A stretch of 64,000 nucleotides of DNA from Anaeramoeba ignava BMAN (GCA_028826165.1 JAPDFW010000011.1:372001-436000); one strand, 5' to 3'. Numbered from the stretch's first letter, positions 12,674 through 25,059 are shown. Notes: a model not told the origin generated them from the sequence alone. Program-made: numbers and translations.

Positions 12674-14545
12674 ATGAATGATTGTTTATTTTTTGGAAGG
12701 AATGAATATCCAATTATTATCAAAAATAAACCAAATATAATAACAAAACCAATTCAACTTAAATTTGAAAATGAAAATGAAAATGAAAATGAAAAACAAA
12801 TTAAACAAATTTCAACAAGTGATTTTGGAACAATTTTCCTTTTTGAAAATGGAAAAGCAATAGAATATTTAAAAGAAAATAATTCAAAACAAAATCCTGA
12901 AAAAATCCAAATTGAAGAAAATATTCAAAAAGTAACTATTGGTGATTATAACGAAGCTATTTTAACAAAAGAAGGAAATGTATTTGCTAAAGGAAAAGAT
13001 ATTAATCCAGATAATCCAAATAAATTTATCAATATTTCATCATTAATTGAAGATACAAATGATAGAATAATTCAAGATATTGTTTCTGGATCCATCTCAA
13101 TTTACTTATTAACTTCAAATCAAAATGCTTATGGAATTGGTTCAAATAGATTTGGTCAACTTGGTTTTGATTCTGAAACACTTCCAAAAACAGAAAAACC
13201 AATTTTAATGATGAAAAATGTTTCTAAAATATTTTCAGGAAATTCTTCAAATCATGTTTTTCTTTTAAATTCAATTCAAGAATTATTTGGATGCGGATCT
13301 AATTATTATGGTCAAGTTGGATTAGGAGAATCAAGAAAACAAGAAAGAAAAATCCAAAAATTAACCAAAATCCAAAATATTCCAAAAGGTAAAATAATTG
13401 ATATTCAATCTGGATGGCCTCATTCAATAATGTTGATTGAAAATGAAGATCAAAATCAAAATCCAAAAAGAAAACTTTATTCATGTGGAAGTAAATACAA
13501 TAATGGACTTGGCAAAAATGAAAATGCTTATGAATTTACTGAAATCAAATCATCTTTATTTGAAAATGATGATATTCTTGATTTTTCTGTTGGTTATGAA
13601 CATACTTTGGTTTTAACTTCCAATTCAAAATTAATTGGATTTGGAGATAATGATTTTGGTAAATTAGGAACTGGAAATACAAAACAACAATTAATTCCAA
13701 TTCAAATTAAACTTCCTAAATTAAGATTTAATGAAAATATTTCTAATTATCATCTTTCTTGTGGTGATTACAGTTCATTTCTTTATTATTCTCCTTCTTC
13801 TTTTTCTTCCAATCTTGAAGAAGATTTGATAAAACTATTTAGAAGAAAAGAATTTTGTGATATTTCATTTAAAACAGAAAATGGAGAAATAATTGAAGCT
13901 CATAAATTAATATTGAAATATAGATTAAATCAAAATGAAAATGAAATTGAAAAACTTCAAGAAATTATTTCAAAAAAATCAATTAAAGAATCAAATCAAA
14001 TATTTGAAATGATTTATTCAAATAATTCCAAAATAAATCCAAAATTATATTCAGAAATTAAAGAAATTATAAATTCAAATGAAAAAATAGAAGAAACAAT
14101 GAAAAGAATTTATTTAAATGAAAATGAAAATGAAAAAGATTTTATAATTGAAAGAAAAGAAAAAAAATATAAATTTCCAAAATTAATATTAATAATGAGA
14201 AGTGAATTATATCGAGGAATGTTTTTATCTGTAACAGAAGATAAATCTAATAAAGTTACAGATTATAGTGAATTAAGTAATAAATCATTTCAAATATTTG
14301 AATATTGGATTTATTCAAATCAAATCAAAGATGAAATTCAAATTACACAAGAAATTATTAATGAAATTAAAACTGGAATTGATTATTTTCAATTAAATCA
14401 AACAAATCCAAATTTATTTGATTTATTAATTAATAAATTTAATAATCAAAATCAAAACAATAAGAAAGAAAAAATTCAAAAAGAAAGAAAGAAAAGAAAA
14501 CCTTTTTTAGAAAAAGAAATAATTAAAATTAAAATTAAAAATTAA
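12674..14545 (+). CDS. RCC1-repeat + BTB/POZ-like protein, copy 1
   Basis: RCC1 repeats (GSNRFGQLG, SVGYEHTLVL) followed by EFCDISF..IEAHKLIL and ILIMRSELYRGMF BTB-like segments. True ATG at 12674. Confidence 0.9.
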   Translation: MNDCLFFGRNEYPIIIKNKPNIITKPIQLKFENENENENEKQIKQISTSDFGTIFLFENGKAIEYLKENNSKQNPEKIQIEENIQKVTIGDYNEAILTKEGNVFAKGKDINPDNPNKFINISSLIEDTNDRIIQDIVSGSISIYLLTSNQNAYGIGSNRFGQLGFDSETLPKTEKPILMMKNVSKIFSGNSSNHVFLLNSIQELFGCGSNYYGQVGLGESRKQERKIQKLTKIQNIPKGKIIDIQSGWPHSIMLIENEDQNQNPKRKLYSCGSKYNNGLGKNENAYEFTEIKSSLFENDDILDFSVGYEHTLVLTSNSKLIGFGDNDFGKLGTGNTKQQLIPIQIKLPKLRFNENISNYHLSCGDYSSFLYYSPSSFSSNLEEDLIKLFRRKEFCDISFKTENGEIIEAHKLILKYRLNQNENEIEKLQEIISKKSIKESNQIFEMIYSNNSKINPKLYSEIKEIINSNEKIEETMKRIYLNENENEKDFIIERKEKKYKFPKLILIMRSELYRGMFLSVTEDKSNKVTDYSELSNKSFQIFEYWIYSNQIKDEIQITQEIINEIKTGIDYFQLNQTNPNLFDLLINKFNNQNQNNKKEKIQKERKKRKPFLEKEIIKIKIKN

Positions 14546-14631
14546 AATTAAAATAAAATTAAAATTAAAATTAAAATTAAAATTAAAATTAAAATTCAAA
14601 AATTATTTTTTCATTTTTTTCTTTTTCAAAA

Positions 14632-16497
14632 ATGAATGAAATTTTATTTTTTGGTGACAATGCATCACCAAAATTTATCAAAAATGAACCAGATAAAATA
14701 ACAAAACCAATTCAATTTAAATTTGAAAATGAAAATGAAAATGAAAATGAAAATGAAAATGAAAATGAAAATGAAAATGAAAAAGAAAATGGAAATGAAA
14801 AAGAAAATGAAAATGAAAATGAAAAACAAATTAAACAAATTTCATCAGGTTTATATTCAACAATTTTCCTTTTTGAAAATGGAAAAGCAATAGAATATTT
14901 AAGTGAAAATCCTCAAAAAATCCAAATTGAAAATATTCAAAAAGTAACTGTTGGTTATTCAAATGTAGCTATTTTAACAATAGAAGGAAATGTATTTGCA
15001 AAAGGAAAAGATATTAATCCAAATAATCCAAATGAATTTATCAATATTTCATCATTAATTAAAAATACAAAAGATAGAATAATCAAAGATATTGCTTGTG
15101 GTGCTTATTCAATTTACTTATTAACTTCAAATCAAAATGCTTATGGAATTGGTTCAAATAGAAAATGTCAACTTGGTTTTCATTCCAAAAAACTTCCAAA
15201 AACAGAAAAACCAATTTTAATGATGAAAAATGTTTCTAAAATATTTTCAGGAAATGCTTCAGAACATGTTTTTCTTTTAAGTTCAAATCAAGAATTATTT
15301 GCATGCGGTGATAATCAATATGGTAAACTTGGATTAGGTTATTCAAGAAAAGCAATAATCCAAAGATTAATCAAAATCCAAAATATTCCAAAAGGCAAAA
15401 TAATTGATATTCAATCTGGAAATAATCATTCAATAATGTTGATTGAAAATCAAAATGAAAATCAAAATCCAAAAAGAAAACTTTATTCATGTGGTTATTC
15501 TCAAAATAATGGGCTTCGCCAAAATGATGATGAAGATGATGAAGATAATGAAGATGATGAAAATACTTATAAATTTACTGAAATCAAATCATCTGTATTT
15601 GAAAATGATGATAATATTCTTGATTTTTCTTGTGGTGATTATCATAATTTGGTTTTAACTTCCAAAGGAAAACTGATAGGATTTGGATGGAATGAATTTA
15701 GTCAATTAGGAACTGGAAATACAGAAAATCAATTAATTCCAATTCAAATTGAACTTCCTAAATTAAGATTTAATGAAGATATTTGCAATTATCATATTTC
15801 TTGTGGATCTTACAATTCGTTTATTTATTATTCTCCTTTCTCTTCTCTTTCCAATCTTGAAGAAGATTTGATAAGACTATTTAGAAGAAAAGAATTTTGC
15901 AATATTTCATTTAAAACAGAAAATGGAGAAATAATTAAAACTCATAAATTAATATTGAAATATAGATTAAAAGATGAAAATCAAATTGAAAAACTTCAAG
16001 AAATTATTTCAAAAAAATCAATTAAAGAATCAAATCAAATATTTGAAATGATTTATTCAAACAGAATAATAAATCCAAAATTATATTTTGAAATTAAAGA
16101 AATTATAAATTCAAATGAAAAAATTGAAGAAACAATTAAAAGAATTTATTTAAATGAAAATGAAAATGAAAATGAAAAAGATTTTATAATTGAAAGAAAA
16201 GAAAAAAAATATAAATTCCCAAAATTAATATTAATAATGAGAAGTGAATTATATCGAGGAATGTTTTTATCTGTAACAAATGATACTTCTAATAAAGTTA
16301 CAGATTATAGTGAATTAAGTAATAAATCATTTCAAATATTTGAATATTGGATTTATTCAAATCAAATTAAAGATGAAATTCAAATTACACAAGAAATAAT
16401 TAATGAAATTAAAACTGGAATTGATTATTTTCAATTAAATCAAACAAATCCAAATTTATTTGATTTATTAATTAACAAATTTAAAAATCAAAATTAA
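14632..16497 (+). CDS. RCC1-repeat + BTB/POZ-like protein, copy 2
   Basis: Intact paralogue with (NE)n and acidic inserts. Confidence 0.9.
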   Translation: MNEILFFGDNASPKFIKNEPDKITKPIQFKFENENENENENENENENENEKENGNEKENENENEKQIKQISSGLYSTIFLFENGKAIEYLSENPQKIQIENIQKVTVGYSNVAILTIEGNVFAKGKDINPNNPNEFINISSLIKNTKDRIIKDIACGAYSIYLLTSNQNAYGIGSNRKCQLGFHSKKLPKTEKPILMMKNVSKIFSGNASEHVFLLSSNQELFACGDNQYGKLGLGYSRKAIIQRLIKIQNIPKGKIIDIQSGNNHSIMLIENQNENQNPKRKLYSCGYSQNNGLRQNDDEDDEDNEDDENTYKFTEIKSSVFENDDNILDFSCGDYHNLVLTSKGKLIGFGWNEFSQLGTGNTENQLIPIQIELPKLRFNEDICNYHISCGSYNSFIYYSPFSSLSNLEEDLIRLFRRKEFCNISFKTENGEIIKTHKLILKYRLKDENQIEKLQEIISKKSIKESNQIFEMIYSNRIINPKLYFEIKEIINSNEKIEETIKRIYLNENENENEKDFIIERKEKKYKFPKLILIMRSELYRGMFLSVTNDTSNKVTDYSELSNKSFQIFEYWIYSNQIKDEIQITQEIINEIKTGIDYFQLNQTNPNLFDLLINKFKNQN

Positions 16498-16686
16498 AAT
16501 CAAAATTAAAATTAAAATTAAAATTAAAATTAAAATTAAAATTAAAATTAAAATTAAAATTAAAATTAAAATCAAAATTAAATTTAAAATCAAAATTAAA
16601 ATTAAAATTTAAAATTAAAATTAAAATTAAAATTAAAATTAAAATTAAAATTCCAAAATTATTTTTTCATTTTTTTCTTTTCGAAA

Positions 16687-18459
16687 ATGAATGAAATTTT
16701 ATTTTTTGGTGACAATGCATCACCAAAGTTTATCAAAAATGAACCAAAAAAAATAAAAAAACCAATTCAACTTAAATTTGAAAATGAAAATGAAAATGAA
16801 AATGAAAATGAAAAACAAATTAAACAAATTTCACCAGGTGAATTTTCAACAATTTTCCTTTTTGAAAATGGAAAAGCAATAGAATATTTAAGAGATTCAA
16901 ATCAAAATCCTTCAAAAATCCAAATTGAAAATATTCAAAAAGTAACTGTTGGTTATTCAAATGAAGCTATTTTAACATCAAAAGGAAATGTAATTGCCAA
17001 AGGAAATTATATAGATTCAAACTTTCCTGATCAATTTATTAATATTTCATCATTAATTGAATATAAAAAAGATAGAGTAATTAAAGATATTGTTTCTGGA
17101 TCTGGTTCAATTTACTTATTAACTTCAAATCAAAATGCTTATGGATTTGGTTCAAATGATTATTGCCAACTTGGTTTTAATACTAAAACACTTCAAAGAG
17201 CAAGAAAACCAATGTTAATGATGAGAAATGTTTCTAAAATATTTTCAGGAAATACTTCAAATCATGTTTTTCTTTTAAATTCAAATCAAGAATTATTTGG
17301 ATGTGGCGCCAATCAATATGGTCAAGTTGGATTAAGAGAATTAATACCAGAAAAAAAAATCGAAAAATTAATCAAATTACAAAATATTCCAAAAGGCAAA
17401 ATAATTGATATTCAATGTGGACATTATTATTCAGTAATGTTGATTGAAAATGAAGATGAAAATCCAAAAAGAAAACTTTATTCATGTGGATATTCTCAAT
17501 ATAATGGACTCGGCAAAGAAAACAAAGATACAAATAAATTTACTGAAATCAAATCATATTTATTTGAAAATGATGATAATATTATTGATTTTTCTGTTGG
17601 AGTAGCTCATACTTTGATTTTAACTTCCAATTCAAAATTAATTGGATTTGGATATAATAAATTTAGTCAATTAGGAACTGAAGATCCAGGAAATCAATTA
17701 ATTCCAATTCAAATTGAACTTCCTAAATTAAGATTTAATGAAGATATTTGCAATTATCATGTTTCTTGTGGACGTTTCAATTCATTTCTTTATTATTCTC
17801 TTTTCTCTTCTTTTTCCAATCTTGAAGAAGATTTGATAAAATTATTTAGAAGAAAAGAATTTTGCAATGTTTCATTTCAAACAGAAAATGGAGAAAGGAT
17901 TGAAGCTCATAAATTAATATTGAAATATAGATTAAAAGATGAAAGTCAGAACCAGAAACTCGAAGAAATTATTTCAAAAAAATCAATTAAAGAATCAAAT
18001 CAAATATTTGAAATGATTTATTCAAACAATTCCAAAATAAATCCAAAATTATATTCTGAAATTAAAGAAATTATAAATTCAAATGAAAAAATTGAAGAAA
18101 CAATGAAAAGAATTTATTTAAATGAAAATGAAAAAGATTTCATTATTGAAAGAAAAGAAAAACAATATAAATTTCCAAAATTAATATTAATAATGAGAAG
18201 TGAATTATATCGAGGAATGTTTTTATCTGTAACAGAAGATACTTCAAATAAAGTTACAGATTATAGTGAATTAAGCAATAAATCATTTCAAATATTAGAA
18301 TATTGGATTTATTCAAATCAAATTAAAGAAGAAATTCAAATTACACAAGAAATTATTAATGAAATTAAAACTGGAATTGATTATTTTCAATTAAATCAAA
18401 CAAATCCAAATTTATTTGATTTATTAATTAAAAAATTTAAAAATCAAAATCAAAATTAA
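16687..18459 (+). CDS. RCC1-repeat + BTB/POZ-like protein, copy 3
   Basis: Intact paralogue, 590 aa. Confidence 0.9.
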   Translation: MNEILFFGDNASPKFIKNEPKKIKKPIQLKFENENENENENEKQIKQISPGEFSTIFLFENGKAIEYLRDSNQNPSKIQIENIQKVTVGYSNEAILTSKGNVIAKGNYIDSNFPDQFINISSLIEYKKDRVIKDIVSGSGSIYLLTSNQNAYGFGSNDYCQLGFNTKTLQRARKPMLMMRNVSKIFSGNTSNHVFLLNSNQELFGCGANQYGQVGLRELIPEKKIEKLIKLQNIPKGKIIDIQCGHYYSVMLIENEDENPKRKLYSCGYSQYNGLGKENKDTNKFTEIKSYLFENDDNIIDFSVGVAHTLILTSNSKLIGFGYNKFSQLGTEDPGNQLIPIQIELPKLRFNEDICNYHVSCGRFNSFLYYSLFSSFSNLEEDLIKLFRRKEFCNVSFQTENGERIEAHKLILKYRLKDESQNQKLEEIISKKSIKESNQIFEMIYSNNSKINPKLYSEIKEIINSNEKIEETMKRIYLNENEKDFIIERKEKQYKFPKLILIMRSELYRGMFLSVTEDTSNKVTDYSELSNKSFQILEYWIYSNQIKEEIQITQEIINEIKTGIDYFQLNQTNPNLFDLLIKKFKNQNQN

Positions 18460-18538
18460 AATAAAATTAAAATTAAAATTAAAATTAAAATTAAAATAAA
18501 AATTCAAAAATTATTTTTTCATTTTTTTCTTTTCAAAA

Positions 18539-20386
18539 ATGAATGAAATTTTATTTTTTGGTGAAAATGAAAAACCAAAACTTATCAAAAATGAACCAAA
18601 TGAAATAACAAAACCAATTCAATTTAAATTTGAAAATGAAAATGAAAAACAAATTAAACAAATTTCAACAAGTTATTTTTCAACAATTTTCCTTTTTAAA
18701 AATGGAAAAGCAATAGAATATTTAAAAGAAAATAATTCAAATCAAAATCCTTCAAAAATCCAAATTGAAAATATCCAAAAAGTATCTGTTGGCTATTCAA
18801 ATGAAGCTATTTTAACAAAAGAAGGAAATGTATTTGCCAAAGGAAAAGATATTAATTCAAAAAATCCAAATAAATTTATCAATATTTCATCATCAATTAA
18901 AGATAAAAAAGATAGAATAATTAAAGATATTGTTTCTGGAGCTCATTCAATTTACTTATTAACTTCAAATCAAAATATTTATGGAATTGGTTCAAATGAA
19001 TTTGGTCAACTTGGTTTTGATTCTGAAACACTTAATTATACAAAAAAACCAATTTTAATTATGAAAAATGTTTCTAAATTATTTTCAAGAAATGCTTCAG
19101 TTTATGTTTTTCTTCTCAATTCAAATCAAGAATTATTTGGATGCGGATTGAATAAGTTTGGTCAACTTGGATTAGGAGAATCAAGAAAATATGAAAGAAA
19201 AATCAATAAATTAACCAAAATTCAAAATATTCCAAAAGGTAAAATAATTGATATTAAGTGTGGATTTACTTTTGCAATAATGTTCAATGAAAATGAAAAT
19301 GAAAATCCAAAAAGAAAACTTTATTCATGTGGATCTTATCCATTTAATGGACTTGGAAAAAATACTTATGAATTTACTGAAATCAAATCATCTTTATTTG
19401 AAAATGATGATGATATCCTTGATTTTTCTGTTGGGAGCTTTTATACTTTGATTTTAACAACAAAAGGGAAAATGATAGGATTTGGATATAATAAATATGG
19501 TCAATTAGGAACTGGAAATGTAGAAGAAACGAAATCAATTCCAATTCAAATTGAACTTCCTAAATTAAGATTTAATGAAGATTTTTCTAATTATCATATT
19601 TCTTGTGGATTTTCAAAATCATTTATTTATTATTCTCCTTCTTCTTTTTCCAATCTTGAAGAAGATTTGATAAAATTATTTAAAAGAAAAGAATTTTGTA
19701 ATATTTCATTTAAAACAGAAAATAGAGAAATAATTGAAGCTCATAAATTAATATTGAAATATAGATTAAATCAAAATCAAAATGAAAATCAAATTGAAAA
19801 ACTTCAAGAAATTATTTCAAATAAATCAATTAAAGAATCAAATCAAATATTTGAAATGATTTATTCAAATAATTCCAAAATAAATCCAAAATTATATTCA
19901 GAAATTAAAGAAATTATAAATTCAAATGAAAAAATTGAAGAAACAATTAAAAGAATTTATTTAAATGAAAATGAAAAAGATTTTATAATTGAAAGAAAAG
20001 AAAAACAATATAAATTTCCAAAATTAATATTAATAATGAGAAGTGAATTATATCGAGGAATGTTTTTAACTGTAACAGAAGATACTTCAAATAAAGTTAC
20101 AGATTATAGTGAATTAAGTAATAAATCATTTCAAATATTTGAATATTGGATTTATTCAAATCAAATTAAAGATGAAATTGAAATTACACAAGAAATAATT
20201 AATGAAATTAAAATTGGAATTGATTATTTTCAATTAAATCAAACAAATCCAAATTTATTTGATTTATTAATTAATAAATTTAATAATCAAAATAAAAACA
20301 ATAAGAAAGAAAAAATTCAAAAAGAAAGAAAGAAAAGAAAACCTTTTTTAGAAAAAGAAATACTTAAAATTAAAATTAAAAAATGA
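18539..20386 (+). CDS. RCC1-repeat + BTB/POZ-like protein, copy 4
   Basis: Intact paralogue, 615 aa. Confidence 0.9.
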   Translation: MNEILFFGENEKPKLIKNEPNEITKPIQFKFENENEKQIKQISTSYFSTIFLFKNGKAIEYLKENNSNQNPSKIQIENIQKVSVGYSNEAILTKEGNVFAKGKDINSKNPNKFINISSSIKDKKDRIIKDIVSGAHSIYLLTSNQNIYGIGSNEFGQLGFDSETLNYTKKPILIMKNVSKLFSRNASVYVFLLNSNQELFGCGLNKFGQLGLGESRKYERKINKLTKIQNIPKGKIIDIKCGFTFAIMFNENENENPKRKLYSCGSYPFNGLGKNTYEFTEIKSSLFENDDDILDFSVGSFYTLILTTKGKMIGFGYNKYGQLGTGNVEETKSIPIQIELPKLRFNEDFSNYHISCGFSKSFIYYSPSSFSNLEEDLIKLFKRKEFCNISFKTENREIIEAHKLILKYRLNQNQNENQIEKLQEIISNKSIKESNQIFEMIYSNNSKINPKLYSEIKEIINSNEKIEETIKRIYLNENEKDFIIERKEKQYKFPKLILIMRSELYRGMFLTVTEDTSNKVTDYSELSNKSFQIFEYWIYSNQIKDEIEITQEIINEIKIGIDYFQLNQTNPNLFDLLINKFNNQNKNNKKEKIQKERKKRKPFLEKEILKIKIKK

Positions 20387-20476
20387 AATTAAAAATTAAA
20401 ATTAAAATTAAAATTCATTTATAAAATTAAAAACGAAAATTCAAAAATCATTTTTTTCATTTTTTTCTTTTCAAAA

Positions 20477-22336
20477 ATGAATGAAATTTTATTTTTTGGT
20501 GAAAATGAAAAACCAAAACTTATCAAAAATGAACCAAATGAAATAACAAAACCAATTCAATTTAAATTTGAAAATGAAAATGAAAATGAAAATGAAAATG
20601 AAAATGAAAATGAAAATGAAAATGAAAAACAAATTAAACAAATTTCATCAGGAGGTTTTTCAACAATTTTCCTTTTTGAAAATGGAAAAGCAATAGAATA
20701 CTTAAAAGGGAAAATAATTCAAATCAAAATCCTGAAAAAATCCAAATTGAAGAAAATATCCAAAAAGTAACTGTTGGTGGTCAAAATGAAGCTATTTTAA
20801 CATCAAAAGGAAATGTATTTGCCAAAGGAGAAGATATTAATTCAAAAAATCCAAAAATAAATTTATCAATATTTCATCATTAATTGAAGATAAAAATGAT
20901 AGAATAATTCAAGATATTGTTTCTGGATCTAATTCAATTTACTTATTAACTACAAATCAAAATGTTTATGGAATTGGTTCAAATCGAAAATCTCAACTTT
21001 GCTTTTATCTCAGTACATACACAGAAACAGAAAAACCAATTTTAATTATGAAAAATGTTTCTAAATTATTTTCAGGAAATACTTCAAATCATGTTTTTCT
21101 TTTAATTTCAAATCAAGAATTATTTGGATGTGGTGATAATCAATATAGTCAACTTGGATTAGGAGAATCAAGAAAAAGAAAAGAAATAATCCAAAAATTA
21201 ACTAAAATCCAAAATATTCCAAAAGGCAAAATAATTGATATTCAATGTGGATTTACTCATTCGATAATGTTGATTGAAAATGAAAATGAAAATCCAAAAA
21301 GAAAACTTTATTCATGTGGAAATTATCAATATAATGGACTTGGCAAAAATGATGAGAATGCTTATGAATTTACTGAAATCAAATCATCTTTATTTGAAAA
21401 TGATGATAATATTCTTGATTTTTCTGTTGGAAATGAGCATACTTTGATTTTAACTTCAAAAGGGAAATTGATAGGATTTTGGAAGAAATGAATATGGTCA
21501 ATTAGGAACTGAAGATACAGAAGATAAATCAATTCCAATTCAAATTGAACTTCCTAAATTAAGATTTAATGAAAATATTTTCCAATTATCATATTTCTTG
21601 TGGATTTTCAAAATCATTTCTTTATTATTCTCCTTTTCTCTTCTTTTTCCAATCTTGAAGAAGATTTGATAAAATTATTTAAAAGAAAAGAATTTTGCAA
21701 TGTTTCATTTAAAACAGAAAATGGAGAAATAATTGAAGCTCATAAATTAATATTAAAATATAGATTAAATCAAAATGAAAATGAAAATCAAATTGAAAAA
21801 CTTCAAAGAAATTATTTCAAAAAAATCAATTAAAGAATCAAATCAAATATTTGAAATGATTTATTCAAATAATTCCAAAATAAATCCAAAATTATATTCT
21901 GAAATTAAAGAAATTATAAATTCAAATGAAAAAATTGAAGAAACAATTGAAAAGAATTTATTTAAATGAAAAAGAAAATGAAAAAGATTTTATAATTGAA
22001 AGAAAAGAAAAACAATATAAATTTCCAAAATTAATATTAATAATGAGAAGTGAATTATATCGAGGAATGTTTTTATCTGTAACAAATGATAAATCAAATA
22101 AAGTTACAGATAACAGTAAATTAAGTAATAAATCATTTCAAATATTAGAATATTGGATTTATTCAAATCAAATTAAAGATGGAATTAAAATTACACAACA
22201 AATGATTGATGAAATTAAAATTGGAATTGATTATTTTCAATTAAATCAAACAAATCCAAATTTATTTGATTTATTAATTAAAAAATTTAAAAATCAAAAT
22301 CAAAATTCAAAAAAGAAAGATTGCTTAATTTTTTAA
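20477..22336 (+). CDS. RCC1-repeat + BTB/POZ-like protein, copy 5; frameshifted here, ends in a CaaX motif (KKKDCLIF)
   Basis: Colinear with the other copies but broken by several extra bases in homopolymers (about 20708, 20857, 21480, 21581, 21806, 21949). Confidence 0.75.
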
Positions 22337-22708
22337 ACAAGAAATTTAATAATTAAAATTAAAATTAAAATTAATAATTAAAAATTAAAATTAAAATTAA
22401 AATTAAAATTAAAATTAAAATTAAAATTAAAATTTAAATCAAAATCAAAATTAAAATTAAAATTAAAATCAAAATCAAAATTAAAATTAAAATTAAATTT
22501 AAATTTAAAATTAAAATTAAAATTAAAATTAAAAATAAAATTAAAATTAAAATTAAAATTTAAAATTAAAATTTAAATTAAAATTTAAATTAAAATCAAA
22601 ATCAAAATCAAAATTAAATTCAAATTAAAATTAAATTCAAATTAAAATTAATAATTAAAATTAAAATTAAAAATCCAAAATTATTTTTTCATTTTTTTCT
22701 TTTCAAAA

Positions 22709-24580
22709 ATGAATGAAATTTTATTTTTTGGTGAAAATGAAAAACCAAAACTTATCAAAAATGAACCAGATATAATAACAAAATCAATTCAATTTCAATT
22801 TGAAAATGAAAATGAAAATGAAAATGAAAAACAAATTAAACAAATTTCATCAGGTGGCTCTTCAACAATTTTCCTTTTTAAAGATGGAAAAGCAATAGAA
22901 TATTCAAATCAAAATCCTCAAAAATCCAAATTGAAGAAAATATTCAAAAAGTGGTTGCTGGTGCTTGGAATGAAGCTATTTTAACATCAAAAGGAAATGT
23001 ATTTGCCAAAGGAGAAAATATTAATTCAAAAAACCCAAAAGAATTTATCAATATTTCATCATTAATTGAAGATCCAAATGATAGAATAATTGAAGATATT
23101 GTTTCTGGAGCTTATTCAATTTACTTATTAACTTCAAATCAAAATGTTTATGGAATTGGTTCAAATCGAAGATATCAGTTGTGTTATGATCTGGGCACAT
23201 ACACAGAAACAGAAAAACCAATTTTAATGATAAAAAATGTTTCTAAAATATTTTCAGGAATTATTTCAAGTTCGGTTTTTCTTTTAAGTCCAAATCAAGA
23301 GTTATTTGGATGTGGAAATAATCAATTTGGTCAACTTGGATTAGGCCGTACAAGAAAAGATATAATCCCAAGATTACTTCAACTACAAAATATTCCAAAA
23401 GGCAAAATAATTGATATTCAATCCGGACTTACTCATTCAATAATGATGATTGAAAATGAAAATCAAAATCCAAAAAGAAAACTTTATTCATGTGGACTTT
23501 ATAGATATAATGGACTTGGCAGAAATGAGAATGCTTATGAATTTACTGAAATCAAATCATCTTTATTTGAAAATGATGATAATATTCTTGATTTTTCTGT
23601 TGGAAATGAGCATACTTTGATTTTAACAACAAAAGGGAAATTGATAAGTTTTGGAAGAAATGATTATGGTCAATTAGGAACTGGAGATACAAAACATCAA
23701 TCAATTCCAATCCAAATTGAACTTCCTAAATTAAGATTTAATGAAGATATTTCTAATTATCATATTTCTTGTGGATTTAATAATTCATTTCTTTATTATT
23801 CTCCTATTTCTTTTTTTTCTAATCTTGAAGAAGATTTGATAAAATTATTTGAAAGAAAAGAATTTTGCAATGTTTCATTTAAAACCAAAAATGAAAGAAA
23901 TAATTGAAGCTCATAAATTAATATTGAAATATAGATTAAATCAAAATCAAAATGAAATTGAAAAACTTCAAGAAATTATTTCAAAAAAATCAATTAAAGA
24001 ATCAAATCAAATATTTGAAATGATTTATTCAAATAATTCCAATATAAATCCAAAATTATATTCTGAAATTAAAGAAATTATAAATTCAAATGAAAAAATT
24101 GAAGAAACAATGAAAAGAATTTATTTAAATGAAAATGAAAATGAAAATGAAAAAGATTTTATTATTGAAAGAAAAGAAAAACAATATAAATTTCCTAAAT
24201 TAATATTAATAATGAGAAGTGAATTATATCGAGGAATGTTTTTATCTGTAACTGAAGATACTTCAAATAAAGTTACAGATTATAGTGAATTAAGTAATAA
24301 ATCATTTCAAATATTTGAATATTGGATTTATTCAAATCAAATTAAAAATGGAATTGAAATTACACAAGAAATAATTAATGAACTTAAAATTGGAATTGAT
24401 TATTTTCAATTAAATCGAACATATCCAAATTTATTTGATTTATTAATTAATGAATTTAATAATCAAAATGAAATGAAAAAAGAACAAAAGAAAAGAACAA
24501 AAGAATTTTTACATCAATTAATTCAAACAAATCCAAAATTATTTGATTTATTAATTAAGAAATTTAATAATCAAAATTAA
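22709..24580 (+). CDS. RCC1-repeat + BTB/POZ-like protein, copy 6; frameshifted here
   Basis: Three overlapping ORF pieces colinear with the paralogues, with frame changes near 22925 and 23895. Confidence 0.75.
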
Positions 24581-24985
24581 ATTTAAAATTAAAATTAAAT
24601 TCAAAATTAAAATTAAAATTAAAATTAAAATTAAAATTAAAATTAAAATTAAAATTTAAATCAAAATTAAATTTAAAAATTAAAATTAAAATTAAAATTA
24701 AAATTAAATTTAAAATTAAAATTCAAAATTTAAATTAAAATTAAAATTAAAATTAAAATTAAAATTAAATTCAAAATTAAAATTAAAATTAAAATTCAAA
24801 ATTAAAATTAAAATTAAAATCAAAATTAAAATTTAAATCAAAATTAAAATTAAAATTAAAATTTAAATTAAAATTTAAATTAAATTCAAAATCAAAATTA
24901 AATTCAAAATAAAATTAATTTTTAAATTAAAATAAAATTTAAATTCAAAATTAAATTTAAAATCAAAATCGAAATTAAAATTAAA
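24581..24985. repeat. (AAAATT)n intergenic satellite
   Basis: Directly visible; the same unit separates the RCC1-BTB copies. Confidence 0.9.
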
Positions 24986-25059
24986 AAAAAAAGCAAAAAA
25001 AAAAAACATTTTTTCATTTTTTTCATTTTTTCATTTTTCATTTTTTCATTTTTTCAAAA

